This document shows positions 13,401 to 27,700 of a stretch of DNA of 64,000 bases, one piece after another (the stretch's first letter is position 1; each line of letters begins with the position of its first letter). This DNA is from Octopus bimaculoides (Eukaryota). Below the pieces are notes generated by a model. That model did not search any database. It had not been told where the DNA came from and worked only from the letters and a program-made list of their open reading frames with translations. The position numbers and the translations under genes are program-made. The stretch spans positions 89,304,202-89,368,201 of the forward strand of contig NC_068986.1 of NCBI RefSeq assembly GCF_001194135.2, read 5' to 3'.

Positions 13401-16367
13401 TTCATATTTAAATTAATTTTGTAAGAATTTTCCATCTGAAATGCGCTAATATCTACTTTTTATTTAGTCTTCAAGGCTCAAATTTAGAAATCAGTTTATA
13501 AAATATGATTCTTCACTTGATGAGTAACCATTTTACCTACCTACGAAATATATAAATTACACACAATGACAATTTGACTTCCGTATGCAAAGCTAAATAT
13601 TGTTATATAATTAAGGCTATTACAGATTATACTCCCCAGTTGTATTTAACCTCAGAGTATCAATAATCGCTAATATTGCCAAATATAATAAAAACTCATT
13701 TTTTCTAAAATAAAAATTCTCAGATTTATTCTCATTTTCCAGACGCATTGCCTACTATAGAACTTGTTCTAACGACATCAGTAAGAGGTGCGAGGATTTC
13801 TTCCAACGAAGTGGTCTTGATAAATGTCCTAGTAAGATTTGTTTAATTAATTAACGCGTATTGGTAGAAACGTTATACTAACAACCTAAATTCGAAACAT
13901 AATACACTTGTCAAGTTCAATTATAATACAGACATTATAATGATATCTTCCACTTCTTATCTAGTTGAAATAACATTCCACCAAAATATAGTTTCCATGT
14001 AAGCCAACTTTTATAAATAACATATCTATTTCCACGACAGACTACATATTACATTACTACATATAACAGACACCTTAGAAGGGTTATTATAATAATTATG
14101 TCTTCCTTTCACATCTAGTTGCAGTACCTCTGTCAAGTGCCGCTCACAAGCTTTCATATAGAAAGAATACACATAATCATTAGTCCACGCAATATAGATT
14201 ACAACTGCTAATGCTTACTAAGACCTGAATTAAGTTATGTAACTTATGTTGTATCATGTAACATTTACTCCATGTATCATGTCTGATACAAACGAAGAAA
14301 ACACTAAATTTGAATATTTGCAGAAATCGACTCGTGTATAGAAGAGGCCAAAGATATTTGTCCCGATGCGGAGAAACTATATCCCAAGCTGCCTCAAGAT
14401 ACGAATTTATGCAAGTACGTGTTTCCTTACTACTCTTACAATTATTACTACATCTAATATTTGCATGCTAATATATTCAATAATATAGTGGAACATTCAA
14501 ATATCTTAGAACAATATTTCTTACATCGGCACAAACCTAGAAATGCTTACTTGAAGTATATTAGATTAAATAGGGAGCAGAAATATGTTAGAACTAACTG
14601 CATCAATTGTAAGAATGATGCATATCGACGACAATATATTGTGAGCCGACTTTTGGAAGATCAATAAGTACGTAGGTAATTCCTAATATAGGCACAAATC
14701 GACACATATGCAGTTAGACTAATGGTTTCTGAAAGATGCGCGTTGGTTTGGATTTTCTAGTATAATGGAATTCTTTAGAAAACCTAAAGTAATGTTTAAT
14801 TGTGATCTAAAAACAGATGACAAACGGAAAAGTTGCGCGAAAAAAGTATCAATTAAAACTTGAAACGTACAGGCCAATAGATATATTAAAAAAAGCTTAA
14901 AATTGTGGAGCTGAAATTGATTTTAACTTCAATTAAATGTAAATGAATTAAACGAATACCCCTTCTTTAGGTTCTGACTCTACCTGTAAGGAACGTATCA
15001 ATATGGAGCAGCCGTTATTTCCTCCAATTAAAAATCATATAAATTGGATTATGGAGAGAACCGAAGCACTCGAATATGAAGAGATTTTGTTCTAATATGC
15101 ATATTTTTCTTCAAAGTATATTTTAATTTTGAAACATCTTTTGTTCGATTGATATTGGAATGCAAATATAAAATCGACCTATTTTATCTCATAATGTATT
15201 TTAAGATTATATCTGTTTAAAGCTCTATTCCATTGATTTATCAAATCGCAGTATATTTTTATAACTTAATGAACGTTTCTCATCATTTGTTATTTTCGTA
15301 GATTATTTGTAACAGGAGATGTAACGATCATATTATATATTAGTAGTAATTTCGTATAAATAAAAACATATTTGTATGAAAATTTGGGTGCCATGCTTCT
15401 CATATATGAATTAATAAGTGTTCTCAATTTTTCTTAGTAAGGTCGTTTTGTTTTGGTTGATAATGCCTCTTTCGTTTCAGATTTATATTGATGCCCTCAT
15501 AGACTATGAAATTTTCAACGCGAAATGTAGAACAAATATCAGCCACCAAAGATTGCATTTGGAGGGCTCCAGGTACATAAATACCTGACATATACTCATA
15601 TGAAAAATTATGACTTCAAATTTCTGTATATTTAAATGTTTTATGTATTGTCACCAATAATATACTTCAAAGGAGTTATCATTTCACAAAATTTGACGCA
15701 CAATGATCAGAGCAGTGTAGGGCAAATTTTCGGTATTACCATTACACACCGGCCCAATCGGGATCAAGTGTTAATACTTATCATCAACAAAACATACCTA
15801 CAATATATCCCTCATCTGATATTTGTAATAGCTTTCCAATTCCTGAATTTTTCTCTCCAATTTCCTGAAATTGAGTCCAAAACGTTTACTCTGAAATGTA
15901 GCACCATGCCTATAGGCCGCGAAATCAAAGTAAAAAGAAATTAAATTAAAAAATAATTACAGACAATGTTCTCGTTCACACCTTTACTAAAACGAAAGTA
16001 ACGAAAAATCCATCATATAAATTATAAGCTACGCTATAAATTACACTGATATACAATTATCTGTTTAAAAAAAAAACAAAGATATAAACTTCCGATATGA
16101 TTCAAATCTTTCCAACTACAGTAAGCTCACAGTTATATATTGAATTACCCTTCACACAGAACTTCAATTTAAATCATAGGAGTCAAACTAAACAAAGAAA
16201 CAAATTATTATATGTATTGTTATTTTCCTTATATTTAAAATTTCATACCCAAGTCTATATTACCAACGAAAAAGGATTTTTGAATTCATTTGAATATCCT
16301 GAATATCACATTTGTTAACTTTGATAAAGATAATATAATTTTGTCTTCTTCCTTTCGNNNNNNNNNN

Positions 16368-16401
<34 letters not shown>

Positions 16402-19130
16402 GGACCTGCATGTGAAACCCACAGACTCAGTAACGTCTTGGATATTCTTCTGAAATCCATCCTAAAACACATATAGAGCTACATACGAGACAACCTGGAC
16501 GTGCTAAATCATCTACCAAAATCGACAAATGAACATAATTTGTGTTGCCTTCGCCGTTATCAACCTATACACTAATAGACCCCGTAACTACGGAATGACG
16601 GGAATCAAATACTGGCTAGACACACCACAAATATGAACAAACGACACGAATTGAAAATTACTTCATCACTGGTAGGCTAAAATTCATCCTCCAAAACAAC
16701 TGCTTTACATTCATGGTTCAGCAGGGTCACATTGGCCTGGAACTGCAATGGGAACGAAAGTAATCCCTACGTATACCAATTTAGTCATCGGATTTTATGA
16801 ACTAAGGATCTACATCCAATCTCTTCTTCTCTTTGGAGATATATTCCATCCACAATTCAAAAATAATTGGAAGAGATACCTAGATGATTGCTTTAACTTA
16901 TGGGAGGAAAACCAGGATACACTCACAAGATTCAACAATATACTGAACTACATAAACAACAACAACAACCAATTTACAGTGGAATTTAACACTTAGGAAC
17001 TTGCCTTCCTGGATATTTCAATCACCAACAAGGATGGGAAAACAGAAACAGAATATTCTATGAACCCATGGACTCCAAACAGCATCTTCTATTCACGTCA
17101 TGCCATCCTAAACACACCAAACTGAACATTTCGTTTAACCTGGCAAAACGAATTTGTACAATAGTGTCAAACCCTTTAAATTATGAATAAAGACTGGAAG
17201 AAATTATAAACATACTCATCCAAAGAGCATTCCCACTACGCTTAATCACCCATGGAATAGACAGGGCGAAACATACTAATATCCAGGAACTAAGGAAAAT
17301 GAAAATCAAAACAAAGAAAAATATTTGACCATATGGGTTAACCTTCAATCTTAGAAACACTGAAATTTTTTACCTCATCCACAAAACCTCCTAATTCTAC
17401 TTGAAGATGAAAGTCTGAAAACGCTTCGGGAAACATACCAAATCAACAAATGCAAAAGGCAAAACACCCAAACAAATCTCCACTTGAAAAAAAAACATGT
17501 GGGAAAATACCCAACTCAACTGTGACAATATATTGAAGAACAAATTGCGGCATCAGCTTATACCTAATGGAAAGACCAACATTCAAATTTAAAGATGGAT
17601 AGACCCTTAAAGTAAAAGGAAACTCCACCTGTAACTCCGCAAACCTAATTTACGCAATAACATGCGGTGGAATCCAACAAAACACAAAGGACAGACGGGC
17701 GTTTCATTACGCAAAAGAATAACGATACCACGCCAACAGATCCGAGAGGACAAGGAAGATTCCCCTGAGAAGTCACATTGCAAACTGCGCGGGGATGATC
17801 TTGCCCAATTTTAAAAATGCGCGAACTCTTTCACCCAACAACAGAGAATATGCAACGAAAACCAATTCATCTATAAATATAAACTACAAATATCGAAACA
17901 CCCACCGTTAATCAAGAATTAAGAACATGTCACACACATCACAATAACACACACATACAGCATTATAACACACACACAGCCAAAACATTCCTATTAAACC
18001 AAACACACACCACAATAACACCCACGCACCAGAAATTTCAGAACGTTTCCCCCCAAAAAAAACACATATACCCCCCACATACACTACCAAAAAATGTTTA
18101 AATACATACACGCGTACACACGCCAGAATATATATATATATACACCACTAAAAGCATACACACACTCTACATAAAACAAACATACACACCAAACCTTTTA
18201 ACAAATTTAAAACTATAACTAAATATCTAAACACTCACCATGAATCAACAAATAAGGATGTGCCACACACACGCTCGCACACAAACACACACACTCACAC
18301 ACACACACAAAACGTCCCCACCACGATAAGACACACACAGAATTTCTCCAAAATCAAAAACACACACAAAGGCGCAGGAGTGGTTGTGTGGTAAGTAGCT
18401 TGCTTACCAACTACATGGTTCCGGGTTCAGTCTCACTGCGTGGCACCTTGTGCAAGTGTCTTCTATTATAGCCTCGGGACGACCAAAGCCTTGTGAGTGG
18501 ATTTGGTAGACGGAAACTGAAAGAAGCCCGTCGTATATATATGTATATATATATATATATGTATGTGTGTTTGTGTATCTGTGTTTGTCCCCCCGCCATC
18601 GCTTGACATCCGATGGTGGTGTGTTTACGTCCCCGTAACATAGCGGTTCGGCAAAAGAGACCGATAGAATAAGTACTAGGCTTACAAAGAATAAGTCCTG
18701 GGGTCGATTTGCTCGATTAAAGGCGGTGCTCCAGCACGGCCGCAGTCAAATGACTGAAACAAGTAAAAGAGTAAAAGAGTAAAAGAGTATACCAACCACA
18801 TTATTTCCAAAAAGCAAAAACAACACACATACACTCACTCAGACAAAACAACACACACACACATACATGCAGCTGGTCCGAATTACTGACTGCATCCCGT
18901 CAATAGAAATAAGAGGAAAAGTAAAATAATTTCACAGTAAAGCCAAAACACACACACTCACACACACACACACACACACACACATGCACTCACACACAAA
19001 AACTAAAACAAATGGCAAATAATCCCACCTTAATTCTTTGAATAACCATCTATGAAATACACTTAACCATTTTCTCTCTATAGAAAAAGTAAAAAAATAA
19101 TGCTTTTGACAATTTATTCCAAACACACAC

Positions 19131-19213
<83 letters not shown>

Positions 19214-20855
19214 AGCTGCCGAAACTATGAATAAGAGACTTCACAATTAATTCAAATGACTTCCTGAAACTAGGAACATTAAACCCCACATGAAACCTAC
19301 ATAGACAAAGCATCTATAAGAAAATGACTAGAGCATATGGCGTAGTGGTTAAGAACGCGGGTTATTAACCCCAAGATTCCGAGTTCGATTCCAGGTAGTG
19401 ACCTGAATAATAATAATAATAATAATAATAACAACATCGAAAAAATCTTAGGAATGGGAACCCAGGTTCGAAATTTCCCCCAAGGCAGCTGATGAAGGCT
19501 GGAGGGTATATCAGCCGAAACGTTGTGTTAGCAATTAAAAAGATGAGGACAAATATCCGTCAATTGTAGATAATGTAATTAAAATTTGATTTGGGTACAG
19601 ACACTCACACCCCACAATTTTTTGTTTGTTTTTTCTCTGACTCGCCAAAAGATTCTTTCTAATATTTCTAATATTTGATAAGATGGATACATAGTAACTG
19701 GTTATAAGTATGATTTTTTATTTGAATTGGAATCAACAAGGAGTACGGTTGGACAGTTATTTTTTAATCGCTACAATTGTTTCGACGCAACGTAGTTCTC
19801 GAAGAATACAGGTTCTTGATTATGCAACTGTTTGTTTGCATAATAAGATTTAGTTGTTTCATTATCGTAAATAGAATTTAAATAAGTAAAAACATAAATT
19901 TATTGTATAGACACAAAATTCAAGACATTCATAATCAGAAAAAAAGATACTCATTTACCGCTCTCATTACCCGTCGCTCCCATGAAAGTTATCTTCAATG
20001 ACACAGAATATATTAATGATCACCATCGAATTTCACATTTTGTGGCACATTTGTTATGTCGCTGTTTTCATTATTTGATTCATTTGTCTCATTTTATTCT
20101 TTTCAAAAATTTCATGTCCGCTGTATCCTTTTCTAATATAATAGAGATAAGAATATTTAAAAACATTATTGAACATTACCCTATTCCTAAGTTGAGAACT
20201 TTTGGCATAATGAGCATAATTTTTTTTATTATTTTCTAAAATTACGCAGGTATAATTTAAACACTAATTTGAAACTCATTCTTCATTATATTCAATCACT
20301 TTGGGCCTCAAATTTTCTAATGCGTCACCACTGTCAAGGTTTACAGATTTATATTTTCTTCATTGAGATCTTTTATTTTAGTGTAATTAAAATAAAAGTA
20401 TGATAAACAAATGAAGGAAACTATACTGTTTAATATTTGCATTTATGCGTTATTCTATCTTTCTACAATTTATGCTTTTCCGTAACGTTTTTTACATAGC
20501 ACATCATATTGAAATACATTTCGATATGATGGGCTACAACCATTTTATAGGAAACAGGCCGTACCTTTATTTTATTTACTTTTTTTTGGTGCAAGATTGA
20601 ATCAGTAAAAGTAGTCGCGAGAAACTAAATTCTATCAATATGAATATTATTAAATCAAATTGTCATTGTTTATAATTCACATTTTATTTATTAGAATCAT
20701 TACTAAACTACGTAGACAATATTCTGGGCTTTTTCTTTTAGATATTAATTTTAAAAGAAACTTTTTTTTAATCTTGCAAACGAAATGTGCTAGTATGTTT
20801 TTAAATTTTATCTTCACTACCAGAGAGACAAGTAACCCTGTTTTCATTGCGCGTC

Positions 20856-20890
<35 letters not shown>

Positions 20891-21694
20891 ATAAAATTAA
20901 ATAGAGAGATACAATAATTTATTTATATCAGAATATAACATAACATAAACAATTATTAAAACATCAAAAAGCCAACAATTTGCTTCGACTTATACACAAT
21001 TTTATATATATATAAACAATTCCTTTATATATAAGTCTCATTAGAGCCAGAGTTTAAAGATACACAAAATTCCATGTGAAAGGACAGCTGGATTGTAAAA
21101 AAAATTGATTCAAATGTCTATGTATTATGAACGTGAGCGTTAACTATTCAATTACTTATCAATTACAATTAAAAAAGAACAAAAAAATTTTAACGGACAA
21201 AATTATTAAGTAAGTGTAATCTACTACTATCGAAATATATTTCTATAGATCTCAAATGATATTAATCCAAACTCTTTTGTGTCTACAAGAATCTTTTGCT
21301 TTTATAACATACGACAATAATATATATATATATGTGTATATGGTTCAGTATCAGGGTCTTGCTTTATCTAGAACTGTAATAAAACGTGTAAAAATATATA
21401 AATGATAATTATATCTTTAATATATAATTCTTCAATTTCTTTAAAGTTATTGATATAAAAAATATTGTTTAAAGTAACTCATAGGAATGTTCTATAATTA
21501 TAGTTTCTCGGATAGACAATTCCGTAATAAATATGAAGATAAACTTATATGGCTGTAAACATTATAACCTAAATACCCCATAGATATAGAGTTCGACTAA
21601 AAGGCAGTGTTCCAGCATAGCCACAGTCAAAATAACTGAAACAAAAAAGGAATAAAAGTATATATATACTTATATATATATATACTTACATATA

Positions 21695-21761
<67 letters not shown>

Positions 21762-24700
21762 CCGAGTACTATAAACTGGTACTTAATTTGTCAATCTTAG
21801 TGAGATTTAAGCTCTATACACTAGTAATGGAAAATCTTACCTGGTATATTGTATATTCATGATCGTATTTCTGAAATGCCTTTCCTCTCGCTATTATATC
21901 CCAGACGTCTCATGCTATATATCACGTGTGCTGATGAGAAGAGATACCATTGCCAAGACCACATCGTCAAAATATATCGCGAAAAATGCAGAAGTAAGAT
22001 TGTCTTTATATTATTTTATTCATGCTTCAGCCAACGTAATTTCAAGCTAAAATTTCATACTACAGTAGCCTTGATTTTACTTTGAATAATTTAGTGAACC
22101 AATTATAAATGTTTATTGTTTTACCTTCGTCTCTTAATCCTTTATGCAGTAGTACGGGTGGTTTCGTTATATTTTGTAGACTAGACTTTGAGATGTGCAC
22201 CAGATATCGTTTGTTTTTTTTTTCTATTGCTAAACAATGCAAAAACCAGTAAAAGGTTTGACTAAATAAAAATGTGCCCAAAGTAATCAGGCGCAGGAGT
22301 GGCTGTGTGGTAAGTAGCTTGCTTACCAACTATGGATGCACATTCAGAATAATCAAGCACGCAAAAAAGTTGATGCTCAGAGATTTTGTGTATTGTTTGA
22401 GAGATCAGGCTGTAGCAATAATAGTTTATATTCAGATATTTCTGCGAGAAATAAATTCAGCAATAACCAGACTTGTACTATGTCAGCATAGATTTCAGTG
22501 ATGTCGTTCATAGATTCTTATGACTCACCATAAACAGCATAGAATAGGTTGACACATTATATCCTACTGTTTTACGCTAAGGCACCACCGAGTTTCTATA
22601 TTTAGACACACAGTTCAGTGGATGAAAAATTTCTTATGACCAAGGTGTACGCATATGCTGACGACATTTTAAGGACTAACTGGAAATGAAGACAAATTGA
22701 TAATTTTTGCCAACCATCTACATAGTGCTTGTATGCAGTTTCGAATGGAAATCTGCGCTGGTAAAGAACAACAAAACAGTGCAGCAGTTCGGCCAAAACA
22801 CGGATACAATCATCACTGTTCACGGATAAAAACCTCAAACCGTGTATAATCCGCAGAAATAACGAGTGCACAAACCCAACTCAAGATATATGGAGACAGA
22901 AAAAACATCACTATGTAGAACAAGAACAGCCTTTTAATTGCATTAACAAATTTTATACTACTGGTAAGTGCATATTAAACCACGTTCGAATCTGATACTG
23001 CAAAATAATTCTTATGTGACATTTATGGTCATTATCATTAGTGAGTTTTATGAGTTGTATGTGAATCCCAAAGTTGGTTGGCACCAGGTTTGCGGAATAT
23101 GACGTCATTCATAAATCTTTCTGTTGCACCTCTGTAAATAGGATCAATATCGATAGATGGATATATGAACTCTGAATCTCAGCTACCTACAATGCATCCA
23201 GTAATGTTGAATGTATGGCAGTAGATTCTAACGCAGCATAGGAGCTGCATTGAATGCTTTTGAAGATAACTGGGTACATTGAGATTAGTTAGTATGTGTT
23301 GAATAAATGATATATGATAGTAATGATAGTGGTAATATCACTACAAACAAATTTCAATGAGAATTTAGACCGTTTGTAATAATTGTGGTAGTATATCATA
23401 GTAATGATGATATCAATGTTGCTGCAAACGGATCAAGTTAAGAGTCGAACATCAGGATCAGATTTATTTTTATGATTCTTCTTAAATGCATACATTATAC
23501 GAATGGTGTTAGAATGACTGGCGTTACTGGAAAATAATTTTCGTACGAAGCTACCAAAGTATCACAAGCAATCAGTGACTCTCTCGAAGCTAAGATATTT
23601 CAGAAAGATCATGACGACATATATAAATGGGCTGGAGAAAATCACATGCAATCTAATGCAAGAAAATTACAAGGCCTTTGCTAACAGACAACTTGTTCTA
23701 ACAGTCCACATCAAAAATATTTGGACCAAAAGAAGTGACAATTCCAGAGTCAAACACTGCGTGATTTGGAGATTGATATGTTGCTTCGTTTCATGTACAT
23801 ATCCGCAAGACGGTGACAATGCGCAGGCGAATTACCAGATGGATTCTAAGAACTTTTTGGTCAAGGGAACAAGAAACTATGCTGTTCCTATGGAGGACAA
23901 CCCCTTACTGTCAAATTAATAGCGGAACTTGTGTCATTTCAGCGGTGCTACACCAAGAATATTGCATCACTGAAACAATTGAACTACTTGAAGTGATAGA
24001 AAGAATTACCACTCTACTCTACTCTACTCACTGGAGCAATGATTGGAGAGATATACATTGATATACACACGGAAGATCCTAGAGAGGCTGACAACGAACA
24101 TGGACTCCGTGTGAATTACACTGGTCTGCGAGTAGGACGAAATTGCACTTTCCCAGAAGCACCAACCTTCTAGTGTATGGTAAGAACGAGGTGCTGTAAT
24201 AGCTGGGTTTTTAAAGCTCACAATTATTTGATATCTTGCCGAAATCCCAATGAATGTACATAGAGTGGAGGTAGATGTTATCAAGAAACACCTTCATCTT
24301 CAGCTATAGAAGATCCCAGATGAGACTACATGACGGAATGAACTCAAAAGCTAGTAGCACTACCAAACGCCCCTTTTCCTCAAATGCCCTACACAAGAGA
24401 ATGTCAGTTGAACAGGTGATGATTATGGTGGTTCCCCCAGCATGACTACAGCCTTTGCGGGCGCGATAATGAAAGAATAATAGAATGTGTTGCATATTCT
24501 CTACCATGCCAATTTTGCGTCAGTTACTTTGCACCAGCAGTGTAATTTCGGTTTATATTATGGATGTTTTAATTTCTTCAACTATCTTGTTCTCTATGGT
24601 AAGAATATTTAAGAATTAAGAATCTATGTATGTAATTTGCAGCACCACTGGAAGCAGCTGACTGCCAAGGAGTATACAGTTCAACTTGCTATCCTGGCAT

Positions 24701-27700
24701 AAGAGACTACCCGGTAACATATCCAGATACGAACATCTGCCCGTTCGTATATATGTTTGCTACTCTGTTTCTATTATTACTATATCTTATATTAAAAGTT
24801 TTATTTGTTTACATAAATCAAAAGCCGAGTCAGGTAGTTTTGCATTTAGTTTCACTGCTCAGTACATTTGAAAATGCGCTCGTATATACACAGGAATGTG
24901 TGGTTGTATATATTTGGAAAGCATGTGCTCGTCATTTACTATTTGACAACCGCTGTAGTTTTGTTTACATCCCCGTGACTTAGCGGCTCTTGAAAGAAAG
25001 GCTAACAGAATACCTACCAGATTTAAATGAAGTAATGTGATGCATATTTTAGTATATTACTGATGTCAGACGTAGAGTAATAAACTAAGGCAATACAGCG
25101 ATATCATTGGAATGCGGTATCTCAATAGTATACTGCATCTGCTCGGTACTAAATGTCTTTTTTACTACAGGCACAATGCCTGAAATTTTGGGGAAGTGGG
25201 CTAGCTGATACCATCGAACCCAGTGAGTAACTGATGCTTTATTTTATCAACCACCGAAAAGGTGAGAGGTGAAGTTGACCTCGGAGACATTTGAACTCAG
25301 AACGTAAAGATGGACCAAGTGCTGCTAAGCATTTTGCCCAGCGTGCAATCGACTTTGAATTCAACGCACGTTTAGTAGTTATTAAACTCATTTGTACACA
25401 AATGCAGGGCTAGGCAACAGATTGCCAAGTGATAACTCCTGCTCCTAGCTACGAATAATTTCGTAAATACCAGATGTATGAACGGATAGTTACACATCGC
25501 ACAATATAAATAATGATTATATTGCTAAATATTTTAAACTGGAACATCTTCACTCCGAAAATTCGAAATTGTATGTGAAATTTATGATTGTTTGTTTTTT
25601 GTTTTCTTTTGTTTCTATTTTTAATTTGGAAGTAATGTTTACTGACATATTTTCCTCATCCAGGCGCCTTGTCGTTTTTAAAACATGTGCTGACAAATAC
25701 GCAGACAAACATTGTTTCCAGTCCTTTCAAAACGCCTATAAAGTTTATTGCCCTGGTAAGATCATATTAATAATTTAGAATTGCTGACAGAAACATAGTG
25801 TCTGCGAACAATAATGGACTAGGTTAAAATATGGAAATGAGCAGTATTATAATAAGATTTTTCCTTAATTCTAAATGAGGTATCTCAACGAATTGTCAAA
25901 CACAAAATCACAAACTTTCATGCAGAAAGTATCTTTGTCATAAAAATACGCAACATAGTTTACAATTCATAACACTGATTAAGACTAGACTTGAATAGAT
26001 TAATTTATGTTTTGTGATTAGATATTTCCTTAAATTTACAATTCCTAAGAATTTTAAGTATGACAAAAATAATATATCAAATTTGTATGCTTTCAGAGAA
26101 AGACAGCTGCACAGATTTATTCAAAGTATATTGTCCGGAAGCCGAAGAACAGTATCCCATACGTGAAGATGATATTAATCTTTGCAAGTAGATATACTAT
26201 TATTATTATACATAATATTTGCATGTTAATATATTTACTTATACAGTGGTACTATCAACTATTACTATTTGTTACATTGGTAAGGCAGCGAGCAAGCAGA
26301 ATCGTTACCACGCCGGACAAAAGACTCAGCGGCATTTCGTTCGTCCCTAAATTCTGAGCTCAAATTCAGCGGAGGTCGACTTTGCATTTAATCCTTTCAG
26401 GATTGATCAATTAACTATAACTATCAGTTGCACACTAGAGTTGATATAATCGACTTACCTCTCCCCCCAAAATTGCCGGTCTTGTGCCAAACTTTGAAGC
26501 CAATTGTTGGATTGATGCAGACCTAGAAATGCCTGCTTAGAGTGCACTAGATGCAATAAGAAACAGTAATTTATTAGTGATAACTGCATCAATCTAAGAA
26601 TAAGGTGCGTCGAGGACAATATAACTTGAAAGAACACTTGGAATTTTAATAATTATATAGATAATTCCTACTATAGCACAAGTCCTTAAATATAAAATTA
26701 GGAGTGAATTTTTTTTTAACTATTTGCGTTAGCTTTTAAATATATGCTTTAAAATGCTTTAACAACTCATAATAATATTAGTTCATCTTGAAAAACGTAT
26801 TATTCTTATTGTTTCAAAGTATGATTAGGTATGTTTTACTGTCTTTGTTTTGTTTTGTTTTTTTTTTTGTCTTTTGGGGTTTTTTTTTCTTACAATTAGC
26901 ATTAAAACATAATTTTCAATCAAATTTCCCCTGGAAATTCACATGTTTTAAAAAATCTTACACTTCATTATCAGAGATCCACTGGGTTAGGAATCAGATT
27001 GTAAAATATATGCATATTAGACCCTCTGGTACATAGTTTGTTACCTCTAATGCAATTGAATCACACTACGTCCATGAACAAAAATATTGCCAAATATATT
27101 TGTTTTCATTTTTGTTATTTTATAATTGTTCCCTTTTTGTATACCCCAGTCGCTTGCTTACATATGAAACATGTGCAATTCATAAGAAGCATAACTGCAC
27201 AAATCACTTCTACTTGACGTCTCTCGCTTTGTGTGAAGGTACGATATTTTTAATATAGTTTAAATGGCTGTGCCAACGCTGTAAATTCCAAACAGAAATA
27301 GCATTCGTTAAGTGACGTTTACAATCAATATAAATAAATGTTTGGAAAGAAATATTGGCCTGTAACAGTGTTAGTATGCAACTCTCACTTCTTGATGGAG
27401 TCATAAGAGCGGCTGCATATAGTGTGTGCTAAGTTTTCTGGTCACTACCACTTCTAAATTTACTAAAGCCTGTTTGTTCTTCTTCTGTGATGTTATATTT
27501 CTCAGTTCTTAATTTTTGCAAGTTCATTCTGAGTGCTACCATGCCTGTAAGACTGATGTTACTGACAGTAAAATTATTCAGATATAGTTAGTGTTCCTGC
27601 GTTATAGAATACGATACAAGTAACTGCAATATTAAGGTATCCCAGGTAGATGAATGGAAGAAATACCTTCCATCAGTGACGACCCAACTCATAACCTCAC

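Noticed and set aside
19331-19440. CRISPR-like or other prokaryotic features anywhere in the window
   Set aside because: None seen; the short repeats are eukaryotic microsatellites and SINEs.
21905-21912. KR junctions between modules as prohormone-type cleavage sites
   Set aside because: Only 4 of 8 B-A junctions are KR (others SR, PR, NR, AR), and they sit next to a Cys inside the probable disulfide framework.
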